This document shows positions 33,970 through 42,274 of a stretch of DNA of 48,176 nt, one piece after another. A program made the position numbers and the translations under genes. How positions within the stretch are numbered: position 1 is the stretch's first letter; each line of letters opens with the position of its first letter. This stretch comes from a bacterium (GTDB lineage: Bacteria > Patescibacteriota > Minisyncoccia > Phycocordibacterales > Phycocordibacteraceae): assembly GCA_900299275.1 (NCBI GenBank), contig OMJE01000021.1, positions 1 through 48,176 of the forward strand. The letters are read 5' to 3'. The notes beneath the pieces were generated by a model that was given only the letters and a program-made list of their open reading frames with translations, had not been told where the DNA came from and searched no databases.

Positions 33970-34367
33970 CTGACCGCATCGGAGATTTCATAGTGCGCCT
34001 TCAAAACGCCATGCTCATCAACAAGCGCGAGGTGCGTGTGCCACATTCAAACTATCTCGAGGCGATTGCACGAAAGCTCAAGGACCTCGGTTTCTTGTCA
34101 TCGGTTTCGGTCGAGGCAAAGGAGGAGGGGAGTGCAGCAAAGGTTCTTATTGTCACGCTTTCCTACAATGAGCGCGGTGATGCTCGTTTGCACGGCGTAA
34201 AGCGCATCAGCAAGCCGGGTCGTCGACTCTATGCACCGCATACGCACGCACATCGCGTACGTCACGGTGTTGGTGCTCGCTTGCTCTCGACGTCGGCAGG
34301 TGTGCTCACTGATGCCGAGGCACGTAAGCAGAAGGTCGGCGGCGAGGAACTTTTTGAGATCTGGTAA
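33963..34367 (+). CDS. rpsH: 30S ribosomal protein S8
   Basis: [13 protein letters not shown] ... ISKPGRRLY ... [16 protein letters not shown] matches S8. It overlaps rpsN by 7 nt. Confidence 0.95.
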
Positions 34368-34377
34368 TTATTTTCGT

Positions 34378-34908
34378 ATGAGCCGTCTTGCTAAGAAACC
34401 AATAGAACTACAGAAGGCCACGGTTACCGTCGAGGGTGGTGTCCTTACTGTAAAAGGTTCTAAAGCAACGCTCACGAAGCGCGTGCACCCGAGCGTTTCT
34501 ATCGAAGTGACGCCAGAGGGCATCATGGTTGGGCCAAAAGATTCGTCGCGTCTCGCACGTGCGCTTACGGGCACTTTTGCCTCGCACGTAAAAAACATGA
34601 TTGCAGGCGTTGACACTCCCTATGTGAAGAAGCTCATCCTTGAAGGTGTTGGCTACCGCGTAGAGCTCAAAGGAAAGGACCTCGTTCTCTCAGTGGGCTT
34701 TTCTCATCCAGTCACACTCGCCATTCCAGACGACGTGACGGCAGTGGTCGAAAAGAACGTACTCACGCTCTCAAGCTCCAACAAGGAATCAGTTGGTCAA
34801 TTTGCCGCTGTGGTGCGCCGCCAGAAGCCGCCAGAGCCATACCTCGGCAAGGGCTTCCGCTACTCTGACGAGGTCATCCGCCGCAAGCAGGGCAAGAAGG
34901 CCGTCTAA
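34378..34908 (+). CDS. rplF: 50S ribosomal protein L6
   Basis: MSRLAKKPIELQKATVTVEGGVLTVKG ... GVGYRV ... PEPYLGKGFRY matches L6. The start was trimmed to MSRLAKK. Confidence 0.95.
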   Translation: MSRLAKKPIELQKATVTVEGGVLTVKGSKATLTKRVHPSVSIEVTPEGIMVGPKDSSRLARALTGTFASHVKNMIAGVDTPYVKKLILEGVGYRVELKGKDLVLSVGFSHPVTLAIPDDVTAVVEKNVLTLSSSNKESVGQFAAVVRRQKPPEPYLGKGFRYSDEVIRRKQGKKAV

Positions 34909-34916
34909 AAAATACT

Positions 34917-35267
34917 ATGATCCACGGACCAAAAACAAAGAATGAACTCCGCGCTCGTCGCCACAACCGCATTCGTGCGAAGGTGAAGGGTACTGTCGAG
35001 CGTCCACGCCTCGCAGTGTATCGCAGCAACCGATTCATATCGGTGCAGCTTATTGACGACACGGCGGGCAAGACCATTGCTGCGGCGCATGGTCGCGATT
35101 TCAAGGGTCCCCTTTCAGTGCAGGCAAAGGCTGTTGGGGCAGCCATTGCTGAAAAGGCAAAAGCAGCGAAGGTTACCGCAGCGGTCTTCGACCGCGGAGG
35201 TTATCAGTATGCTGGTCAGGTGAAGGCGCTCGCTGAAGCCGCACGCGCCGGAGGTTTAACTTTTTAA
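34917..35267 (+). CDS. rplR: 50S ribosomal protein L18
   Basis: RRHNRIRAKVKGT ... RPRLAVYRSNRFISVQLIDD ... VFDRGGYQYAGQVKALAEAARAGGL matches L18. Confidence 0.95.
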   Translation: MIHGPKTKNELRARRHNRIRAKVKGTVERPRLAVYRSNRFISVQLIDDTAGKTIAAAHGRDFKGPLSVQAKAVGAAIAEKAKAAKVTAAVFDRGGYQYAGQVKALAEAARAGGLTF

Positions 35268-35273
35268 TTATTT

Positions 35274-35873
35274 ATGGACACGACACTCGAGAATGCAGTA
35301 ACGCAAGACATGAACACCGATACGACTCCGGCGGCGGCTGCAGAAGTGTCAGTACCCGAAGCAGCGCCACGTGGTCGCGAGGGCAGGGGTGCAGTACGCG
35401 GTCGCGCACCACGTCCGCGCGCACCGCGCGAACGTTCGGAATTTGATCAGGTCACTATCGACGTGCGTCGCGTGGCCCGCGTTATGGCCGGCGGACGCCG
35501 TTTCAACTTCAGCCTCGTTATCGTCATTGGCGATCGTAAGGGACGTGTGGGTGTGGGCCTCGGTAAGGCAGCAGACACGGCGCTTGCCATCGAGAAGGCA
35601 ACGCGCGATGCACAGAAGCACATGATCAAGGTGCCGCTCACGGCATCGAATTCGATTGCGCATGCGGTGAGTGCAAAGTATGCATCTTCCCACGTTGAGA
35701 TTTTCCCATCGAAGGGGCGTGGTCTTGTGGCCGGCTCCGCAGTTCGTACGGTGCTCGACCTTGCCGGTGTGACCGATGTTGTTTCAAAGATTCATACGCG
35801 CACTAAGAATAAGCTCACCATTGCTCGCGCAACGGTGGAAGCGCTCAAAGCGCTCTCTGTAGAAAAGGCGTAA
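35274..35873 (+). CDS. rpsE: 30S ribosomal protein S5 (with ~55-aa Arg/Ala/Pro-rich N-terminal extension)
   Basis: IDVRRVARVMAGGRRFNFSLVIVIGDRKGRVGVGLGKA ... GRGLVAG matches S5. Confidence 0.95.
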   Translation: MDTTLENAVTQDMNTDTTPAAAAEVSVPEAAPRGREGRGAVRGRAPRPRAPRERSEFDQVTIDVRRVARVMAGGRRFNFSLVIVIGDRKGRVGVGLGKAADTALAIEKATRDAQKHMIKVPLTASNSIAHAVSAKYASSHVEIFPSKGRGLVAGSAVRTVLDLAGVTDVVSKIHTRTKNKLTIARATVEALKALSVEKA

Positions 35874-35883
35874 TATTTATCGT

Positions 35884-36333
35884 ATGCAACTCAACACGCT
35901 CAAATCTAGCACCAAGCGCAACGTTCCCGAGCCAGTCGGCCGTGGCGGCAAGCGCGGCAAGACTTCCGGCCGTGGCGGCAAGGGGCAGACGGCTCGCGCC
36001 GGTCACAAGATTCGTCCCGAAGTACGCGATCTCATTAAGAAGCTCCCGAAGCGCCGTGGTCATGGTAAGAATCGTGCGCGTACCGTCCGCAGCGAACGCA
36101 TCAACTATGCAGTCGTAAATCTTGCAACACTCGAGACGGCGTATGCAGCGGGTGAGACAGTGTCTCCGGCATCGCTTCTCGCAAAAGGTCTTGTGCGCCG
36201 CGAAAAAGGTCGCGCACCGAAAGTGAAGATCCTTGGTACGGGTGAGCTTTCAAAGAAATTGGTGATTCGTGGTTGCGTGCTTTCCGACTCCGCTCGAAAA
36301 GCGCTTGGTGTAACCGACTCACACAATGTTTAA
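35884..36333 (+). CDS. rplO: 50S ribosomal protein L15
   Basis: MQLNTLKS ... GRGGKRGKTSGRGGKGQTARAGH ... KILGTGEL matches L15. It follows rpsE after a 10-nt gap, so there is no rpmD. Confidence 0.95.
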   Translation: MQLNTLKSSTKRNVPEPVGRGGKRGKTSGRGGKGQTARAGHKIRPEVRDLIKKLPKRRGHGKNRARTVRSERINYAVVNLATLETAYAAGETVSPASLLAKGLVRREKGRAPKVKILGTGELSKKLVIRGCVLSDSARKALGVTDSHNV

Positions 36334-37600
36334 TACATTCATCCGCAAGATAAAGCTTTCATTCGGCGATGCCGACATACGCCGCCGCATGCTCTTTCTT
36401 GCAGGCGCGCTCGTGCTTTTCCGTGTGCTTGCCGCGATACCGGTTCCCGGAGTTAATACGGCGGCGCTGGCATCTTTCTTTGCGCAGAATCAATTCTTCG
36501 GACTCCTAAACCTGTTCTCAGGCGGTGGCCTCTCGCAGCTTTCTATCGTAATGCTGGGTGTTGGTCCGTACATTACGGCATCCATTATCATGCAGCTTGG
36601 TACGATCATCTTCCCGCAGCTCAAGGCTGCCTACTCGGAAGACGGTGAAGCAGGACGCGCGCGCTTCATTCAATGGGGCCGCCTCCTCTGTATCCCGATC
36701 GCCGTATTGCAAGCCGTTGCCTTTCTCTTCCTGCTTCAGAACCAGGGTATTATTGCAGCACTTGATAGCGCATCGTTTGTAGCAAACATTCTAATGATTG
36801 CCGCAGGTTCGCTCTTGCTTATGTGGATCGGCGAGCTGGTGACCGAATTTGGCATCGGTAATGGCGTGTCACTGCTCATTTTTGCAGGTATCCTCGCGCG
36901 TATACCGGAACATCTTTCGCAGATGCTTTTTACCGCCTCAGCGGCAAATATCCCCAGCTATCTCGCTTTCACGGCGCTTTCGCTCGCGATGATCTATGCG
37001 GTAGTCATCGTCTCTGATGCTGAGCGCTCCATACCTATCGCCTATGCGCGTGCAGTGCGTGGGGCAGCGCTCTCACAGGGTGCCGCTACCTATTTGCCAA
37101 TTCGCCTCTTGCAGGCAGGTGTAGTGCCAATCGTCTTCGCGCTTTCGCTTATGCTGCTTCCGCAGATGGCGCTCTCGGCTCTTGCAGGATTGAAGCTTTC
37201 TTTTGCCGTGGGGGCTGCTACGGCATACTCGGCCTTTCTTGCTAACCCATGGCAGTATGGATCGGTATACTTTGTGCTCGTTGTGCTCTTTACCTACTTC
37301 TATACGTCCGTTACGTTCGAGCCGCATCGCATTGCTGAGAATCTCCAGAAAACCGGCGCCTTCATTCCTGGTGTTCGTCCGGGACGCGAAACGGAGGAAT
37401 ACATTAGCAACGTAGTGAATCGCGTCACTTTCCCAGGCGCGCTCTTCCTCGGTCTTCTTGCGGTTGCTCCATCCATCGTGCAAGGTCTCACGGGTGTTAC
37501 GGCCCTCGTGCTTGGTGGTACGGCACTCCTTATCGCGGTGCAGGTCGCTCTTGATCTCGCTCAAAAAATCGACGCTCAGGTTTCGCTCCGAGAATACTAA
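36326..37600 (+). CDS. secY: Preprotein translocase subunit SecY
   Basis: It has 10 TM segments and reads GGGLSQLSIVMLGVGPYITASIIMQL and GNGVSLLIF. Its position after rplO is canonical. Confidence 0.96.
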   Translation: MFNTFIRKIKLSFGDADIRRRMLFLAGALVLFRVLAAIPVPGVNTAALASFFAQNQFFGLLNLFSGGGLSQLSIVMLGVGPYITASIIMQLGTIIFPQLKAAYSEDGEAGRARFIQWGRLLCIPIAVLQAVAFLFLLQNQGIIAALDSASFVANILMIAAGSLLLMWIGELVTEFGIGNGVSLLIFAGILARIPEHLSQMLFTASAANIPSYLAFTALSLAMIYAVVIVSDAERSIPIAYARAVRGAALSQGAATYLPIRLLQAGVVPIVFALSLMLLPQMALSALAGLKLSFAVGAATAYSAFLANPWQYGSVYFVLVVLFTYFYTSVTFEPHRIAENLQKTGAFIPGVRPGRETEEYISNVVNRVTFPGALFLGLLAVAPSIVQGLTGVTALVLGGTALLIAVQVALDLAQKIDAQVSLREY

Positions 37601-37629
37601 AAAGTCCCGTCTGGTGGTACACTCGATCT

Positions 37630-38193
37630 ATGGGACCACAGACTATATTCTTTATCGGTAAACCCGGTAGCGGGAAGGGCACGCAGTCGGCATTGCTTGC
37701 AAAACAAACCGGCTGGCCGATCGTCGCGGCAGGCGAACAGTTCCGAGCTATCGCGAAAGAGGACTCAGTTCTCGGTCGCAAGGTCAAAAGCACTATTGAT
37801 GCGGGTATTCTGACGCCACATTGGTTCCCAATGTATCTCTATCTCAAGTCACTCTTTGCGATATCGGAAGAGAGCAGTGTAATCTTCGACGGTTTCAATC
37901 GCAAAGTGCCGGAAGCGGAGTTGATTATCGATTCGCTCAATTGGATTGGTCGTCCCTTCACGGTATTTCATTTGAAGGTCACGGACGATGAAGTGCGACG
38001 CCGTCTTGCGATACGAAAAGAGGTGGAAGGTCGTGTCGACGATACTGCGGTCGATAAGCGTCTTGAAGAATACTATGCACACACCGACGGTACCATCACG
38101 CTGTTCAAGAATGCAGGGGTGCTCGTGGATATCAACGGCCAACAGACACCGGAGCTCATTGCTGCAGATATTCGAGCTCATCTAAAGATCTAA
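37630..38193 (+). CDS. adk: Adenylate kinase (short form, no zinc lid)
   Basis: P-loop FIGKPGSGKGTQ plus the canonical position after secY. The sequence is more divergent than typical Adk. Confidence 0.85.
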   Translation: MGPQTIFFIGKPGSGKGTQSALLAKQTGWPIVAAGEQFRAIAKEDSVLGRKVKSTIDAGILTPHWFPMYLYLKSLFAISEESSVIFDGFNRKVPEAELIIDSLNWIGRPFTVFHLKVTDDEVRRRLAIRKEVEGRVDDTAVDKRLEEYYAHTDGTITLFKNAGVLVDINGQQTPELIAADIRAHLKI

Positions 38194-38957
38194 TGACTGT
38201 AACGACTGACGAACAGCGCGCGAATCTGATTGAAGCGGGGCAACACCTCGCCGCTGTATTGCGCGCCCTTGAAGAAGCCGTTGCACCAGGCGTAACTACT
38301 GAATCATTGGATGATCTGGCAGAAAAGATGATTCGCGACTTTGGGGACGAGCCGTGCTTTCTCGGCTACACCCCCGAGGGCGCAGGTCGACCCTATCCAG
38401 CAACTCTCTGCGTCTCTATCAATGACGAAATCGTGCACGGCATTCCAAATGAAATCCACAAAGTCCTTTCCGAAGGTGACATTGTTGGCCTCGATCTCGG
38501 ACTCTCGCACAAAGGAGTCATTGTGGACGCGGCGATAACCGTGGCAGTAGGGAAGGTGAGTGATGACAGTCGACGACTGATGGATGTTACAAAAGCTGCA
38601 CTCGATGCGGGAATTGCTGCGGCTAAACCAGGAAGACACATTGGCGACATATCGCACGCAATTCAGCTAGAGATTGAAAAAGCGGGCTTCAAGGTGGTGC
38701 GGGAGCTTGGGGGTCATGGGGTGGGTGATCGTGTGCATGAAGAGCCTTTCATTCCTAACTACGGACGCGCCGGTGAAGGTGAGGAACTTACTGAGGGAAT
38801 GGTGCTTGCGCTCGAGCCAATCTCAGCGGCTGGCAAGGCAGGCGTCATCCTTGCGCCAGATGGCTATACGTATCGTACCAAAGACGGATCCAGAAGCGCT
38901 CACTTCGAGCACACTATCTTGATTGAAAAGGAGGGCGCGCGTATCATAACGCAATAA
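38193..38957 (+). CDS. map: Methionine aminopeptidase, type I
   Basis: CVSINDEIVHGIP, GDIVGLDLG, GHGVG, ALEP and HFEHT contain the metal-ligand set of MetAP-I. Confidence 0.94.
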   Translation: MTVTTDEQRANLIEAGQHLAAVLRALEEAVAPGVTTESLDDLAEKMIRDFGDEPCFLGYTPEGAGRPYPATLCVSINDEIVHGIPNEIHKVLSEGDIVGLDLGLSHKGVIVDAAITVAVGKVSDDSRRLMDVTKAALDAGIAAAKPGRHIGDISHAIQLEIEKAGFKVVRELGGHGVGDRVHEEPFIPNYGRAGEGEELTEGMVLALEPISAAGKAGVILAPDGYTYRTKDGSRSAHFEHTILIEKEGARIITQ

Positions 38958-38987
38958 CCGCGACCGCGATTTTTATTTTTTTACACC

Positions 38988-39464
38988 ATGACACACGAAA
39001 AAGAAGAGAAGACACTAATCATATTAAAGCCCGATGCTGTGCATCGAGGACTTGTGGGGGCCATTGTGCAGCGCTTTGAACGCAAAGGACTAAAGATCAT
39101 TGGCATGAAGATGGTGCAATTGGAGGACGCTGTACTCGAGGCGCACTACGCGCACATCAAGGACAAACCGTTTTTTGGCGGCATCAAAAGTTTTATGAAA
39201 TCATCGCCCGTCGTGGTGTTGGCTCTTTCTGGTATAGACGCGGTTTCGGCGACACGACTTATTGTGGGGCCCACGAAGGCGCATGAGGCGCCCGCAGGTA
39301 CGATTCGCGGCGATTTCTCACTGTCTATGCAGTCAAATATCGTGCACGCCTCAGATACTGTAGAGAACGGCGTGGCAGAGGTAGGTCGCTTCTTCTCTGA
39401 GAGCGAGCTCTTTGCGTACAAGCGTAATGACTTCGATTACATTCACGCGGATTACGTGTTCTAA
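38988..39464 (+). CDS. ndk: Nucleoside-diphosphate kinase
   Basis: EKTLIILKPDAV.RGLVGAIVQRFE.KGLKI ... GPT ... GTIRGDF ... NIVHASD matches Ndk. Confidence 0.93.
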   Translation: MTHEKEEKTLIILKPDAVHRGLVGAIVQRFERKGLKIIGMKMVQLEDAVLEAHYAHIKDKPFFGGIKSFMKSSPVVVLALSGIDAVSATRLIVGPTKAHEAPAGTIRGDFSLSMQSNIVHASDTVENGVAEVGRFFSESELFAYKRNDFDYIHADYVF

Positions 39465-39652
39465 TTTTTTATCCACTACACCATCATGCGAGAGGGTGTA
39501 TAGTGGGAAGTGGGGCTGTTCTTGAAAATCAACTTGCTAGTTTCTAGGGACCGATGCATTGAGGTGCGCTTGGTGAAGTCTCTTTGAGACATCCGAAGGC
39601 CACCGTTACATCTCCCACCTGGCACATTTAAGTTGAACTTGGAATAGCTCCA

Positions 39653-39689
39653 CGGGTAAACCGCTCCTCGAGAGCGGTTTACCCGTTTT
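39653..39689 (+). terminator. Very strong intrinsic terminator (14-bp stem plus TTTT), 190 nt downstream of ndk
   Basis: cgggtaaaccgctc-ctcga-gagcggtttacccg-tttt, plus-strand orientation only. Confidence 0.8.
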
Positions 39690-39725
39690 AGGGTCCGCCT
39701 AGGATGCCTGTGCTAGCATTACGCT

Positions 39726-41120
39726 ATGGCATTTACACTCACGTGCATTGGAGGCGCGGGCAAAGTCACAGGGTCTACATTTTTAGTAAAAAGTAGCCAA
39801 GCATCGGTGCTTATCGATTGCGGTATGGAACAAGGGGCTGATTTTTGCGAGACGTGTGTGTACGATCCGTTTCCATTTGACGCATCGTCGATCGATGCGG
39901 TGCTCATTACGCACGCGCATCTCGATCATATTGGCCGTCTGCCAAAGCTAGTACGCGAAGGATTTACGGGAACGATTTATCTTACGCCACCCACGCGAGA
40001 TCTGACAGCACTTATTCTTCTAGATTCGGTCGGTATTCTCGCAGAAGAAGCAAAGAAGCTAAAGCGAGAACCCCTGTTTACTGCGGAAGATGTTGAGGCG
40101 ACGTTCAAACAATTTGAAACAATTGAGTATCACGAATCAAAAGAGGTGGCACGAGGTCTTGCGGTGTATTTTAGAAATACAGGCCATATTTTAGGCTCGG
40201 CGAGCATACGCCTTACCGATGAGGATGGTACGGCCATAGCCTTTACAGGCGACATCGGGAACGCTCCTTCGCCACTCCTGCCACCCTGGGAAGCAGTCGA
40301 CGATGTGGATGCGCTCCTTATGGAAAGTGTGTATGGCAATAGACTTCACCCATCGCATGAAGATCGTCTCATTATGCTGCAGAAAGTACTCAGTGATGGC
40401 ATACAGCGCGGGGGTACCATCCTTATTCCGGCGTTTTCGCTCGAACGCACGCAGCTCATGCTGTATGAGTTTGCTCATTTTTTTGCAAGCAAAGCAATTC
40501 CCGAAGTGCCCGTCTTCTTGGATTCTCCACTTGCCATAAAAATTACAGACGTGTATGAAAAGTGGGGCGGTACTTATTTCAATGAGGAGGCAAAGAATGA
40601 GATCAACAAGAACAAAGACATATTTTCTTTTCCATTCCTGAAGAAAACAGCATCACCGCAGCAGTCGCACGAGATAGAAAAAGTCCCTGGGCCAAAAATC
40701 ATCATCGCAGGAGCAGGTATGAGCCATGGTGGGCGCATCGGCGCGTGGGAGGCGCGCTATCTGCCTGATCCCAAAAATACGCTTGTTATCGTAGGTTATC
40801 AGGCACCTGGCTCACCAGGACGACGCCTCCAAGATGGAGCGAAAGAAATTCGCCTGCAAGGGCAGCCTGTTAAAGTTGCGGCACATATCGAAACCATCGA
40901 GGGTTGGTCGGGTCACGCAGATCGTGATCAGTTGCTAGCGTTTGCGGAAGCTGCTCTTAGAGGTAAGCGTCTCAAGACCATTTTCGTCGCCTTAGGCGAG
41001 CCCGCTGCGGAACGTTTTCTTGCGCAGCGCATTCACGACTATTTGGGTGGCAACGCAATTGTGCCCGAACCTGGGGAGGTATTTCACATTGGCGCCGATG
41101 TGGTAAAGCAGGCATCATGA
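39726..41120 (+). CDS. MBL-fold beta-CASP family RNA-metabolising hydrolase (RNase J/CPSF-like)
   Basis: GGAGKVTGS, LIDCG and ITHAHLDHIGRLP (HxHxDH), then the beta-CASP region and the C-terminal GWSGHAD motif. Confidence 0.88.
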   Translation: MAFTLTCIGGAGKVTGSTFLVKSSQASVLIDCGMEQGADFCETCVYDPFPFDASSIDAVLITHAHLDHIGRLPKLVREGFTGTIYLTPPTRDLTALILLDSVGILAEEAKKLKREPLFTAEDVEATFKQFETIEYHESKEVARGLAVYFRNTGHILGSASIRLTDEDGTAIAFTGDIGNAPSPLLPPWEAVDDVDALLMESVYGNRLHPSHEDRLIMLQKVLSDGIQRGGTILIPAFSLERTQLMLYEFAHFFASKAIPEVPVFLDSPLAIKITDVYEKWGGTYFNEEAKNEINKNKDIFSFPFLKKTASPQQSHEIEKVPGPKIIIAGAGMSHGGRIGAWEARYLPDPKNTLVIVGYQAPGSPGRRLQDGAKEIRLQGQPVKVAAHIETIEGWSGHADRDQLLAFAEAALRGKRLKTIFVALGEPAAERFLAQRIHDYLGGNAIVPEPGEVFHIGADVVKQAS

Positions 41121-41434
41121 CCATGATGCAAAAAATACTGGCAGGCATTGCAGTCGTGGTCGTTCTAGGAATCTTTGTGCTGTATTTCGGAGGCTTTTCA
41201 AATGTCCTCGTTAATAGCGAATACCAGTATGACTGTGAAAGGGGATACTATGTGACAGGAATCAACATTATTAATGGGCCAGTAGCCTATTACGACAGTA
41301 ACAATACGCTGCTTGGTTCATGTAAGGGAATGGTGCCGCCAAATGAGTTACAACAGTGCAGTAAATTAAGAGAACAGGTCGGCGCATGCAGTGCAACACC
41401 TAAAACAGTACACAATCTCAAGCGTAGGTGGTAA
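41117..41434 (+). CDS. Hypothetical small N-terminally anchored protein with 4 Cys
   Basis: The TM segment is ILAGIAVVVVLGIFVLYF. The start overlaps the upstream stop (ATGA). No known motif. Confidence 0.6.
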   Translation: MTMMQKILAGIAVVVVLGIFVLYFGGFSNVLVNSEYQYDCERGYYVTGINIINGPVAYYDSNNTLLGSCKGMVPPNELQQCSKLREQVGACSATPKTVHNLKRRW

Positions 41435-41658
41435 TTATGAAGCTTGGCGTCTACCAGCATTACAAAAGCCCAGACAAGAAATACCGCGTGATCGGGGTAG
41501 GTAAGCACTCTGAAACACTCGAGGATCTAGTTTTCTATGAGGCCTTGTATGACAACGAGCTGTCAAAACTGTGGGCGCGACCACTAGACTCGTTTCTTGG
41601 CGAGGTTCTCGTAGACGGAAAGAAAGTTCCGCGCTTTACCTACCTCGGAGAAGAATAA
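41428..41658 (+). CDS. DUF1653-family small protein
   Basis: YQHYKS.DKKYRVIGVGKHSETLEDLVFYEALYDN ... LWARPL..F fits the pattern I recall for DUF1653. Confidence 0.75.
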   Translation: MVIMKLGVYQHYKSPDKKYRVIGVGKHSETLEDLVFYEALYDNELSKLWARPLDSFLGEVLVDGKKVPRFTYLGEE

Positions 41659-41660
41659 AA

Positions 41661-41690
41661 CAAAAAGAACCGCCTTCCGGCGGTTCTTTT
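41661..41690. terminator. Bidirectional intrinsic terminator between DUF1653 and rplT
   Basis: aaaaa-gaaccgcc-ttcc-ggcggttc-ttttt is symmetric, with an A-run and a T-run. Confidence 0.85.
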
Positions 41691-41707
41691 TGTTGTTGGC
41701 TTTGTTA

Positions 41708-42055
41708 TTAGCCGACCTTCTTTACAATGCGAGTGAAAATTTCAGGGTGCTCGGAAGCAAAGGTCGAGAGAACTTTGCGATCGAGTGCAATGCCGCTCGT
41801 CTTCAATTTTGCGATGAAGGTGCTGTATGACTTCTGACCATTCTCACGGATTGCTGCATTCAAGCGCACAATCCAGAGCTGGCGGAAATCACCCTTCTTG
41901 TCCTTGCGGTGTGCGAAGGCATAGCGGCCTGCGCGCATGAGGCCTTCCTTGGCCTGCTTGATCTTTGTTGATCGGCCATGGCGGAAGCCCTTGGCACGCT
42001 CCAAAATATTGGTGCGGCGCTTGTGTGCTGAAACTCCTCCTTTAACTCGTGCCAT
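41708..42055 (-). CDS. rplT: 50S ribosomal protein L20
   Basis: MARVKGGVSAHKRR ... AKGFRHGRS ... AFAHRKDKKGDFRQLWIVRLNAA matches L20. Confidence 0.96.
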   Translation of the reverse strand: MARVKGGVSAHKRRTNILERAKGFRHGRSTKIKQAKEGLMRAGRYAFAHRKDKKGDFRQLWIVRLNAAIRENGQKSYSTFIAKLKTSGIALDRKVLSTFASEHPEIFTRIVKKVG

Positions 42056-42079
42056 ACGTGATTACTTAATTCAATAAAT

Positions 42080-42274
42080 TTAGGCAGCTGCCGTACCAGC
42101 AAGAAAGCGACGACGAACACGCTTCGTGAGGGAAAGGTTAATAGCGCGGCGTTTGGCCGTGCGCTTTGAACCACTCGCCTTAGCATTGAAGTGGTTCTGT
42201 CCCTTCACGCGAGCAACGATTTTTCCGTTGCGCGTGACACGAAGACGTTTCATATATGACTTATTTGTTTTCAT
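42080..42274 (-). CDS. rpmI: 50S ribosomal protein L35
   Basis: MKTNKSYMKRLRVTRNGKIVARVKGQNHF matches L35, and it sits between infC and rplT. The start was trimmed from the track ORF and overlaps the infC stop by 14 nt. Confidence 0.88.
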   Translation of the reverse strand: MKTNKSYMKRLRVTRNGKIVARVKGQNHFNAKASGSKRTAKRRAINLSLTKRVRRRFLAGTAAA

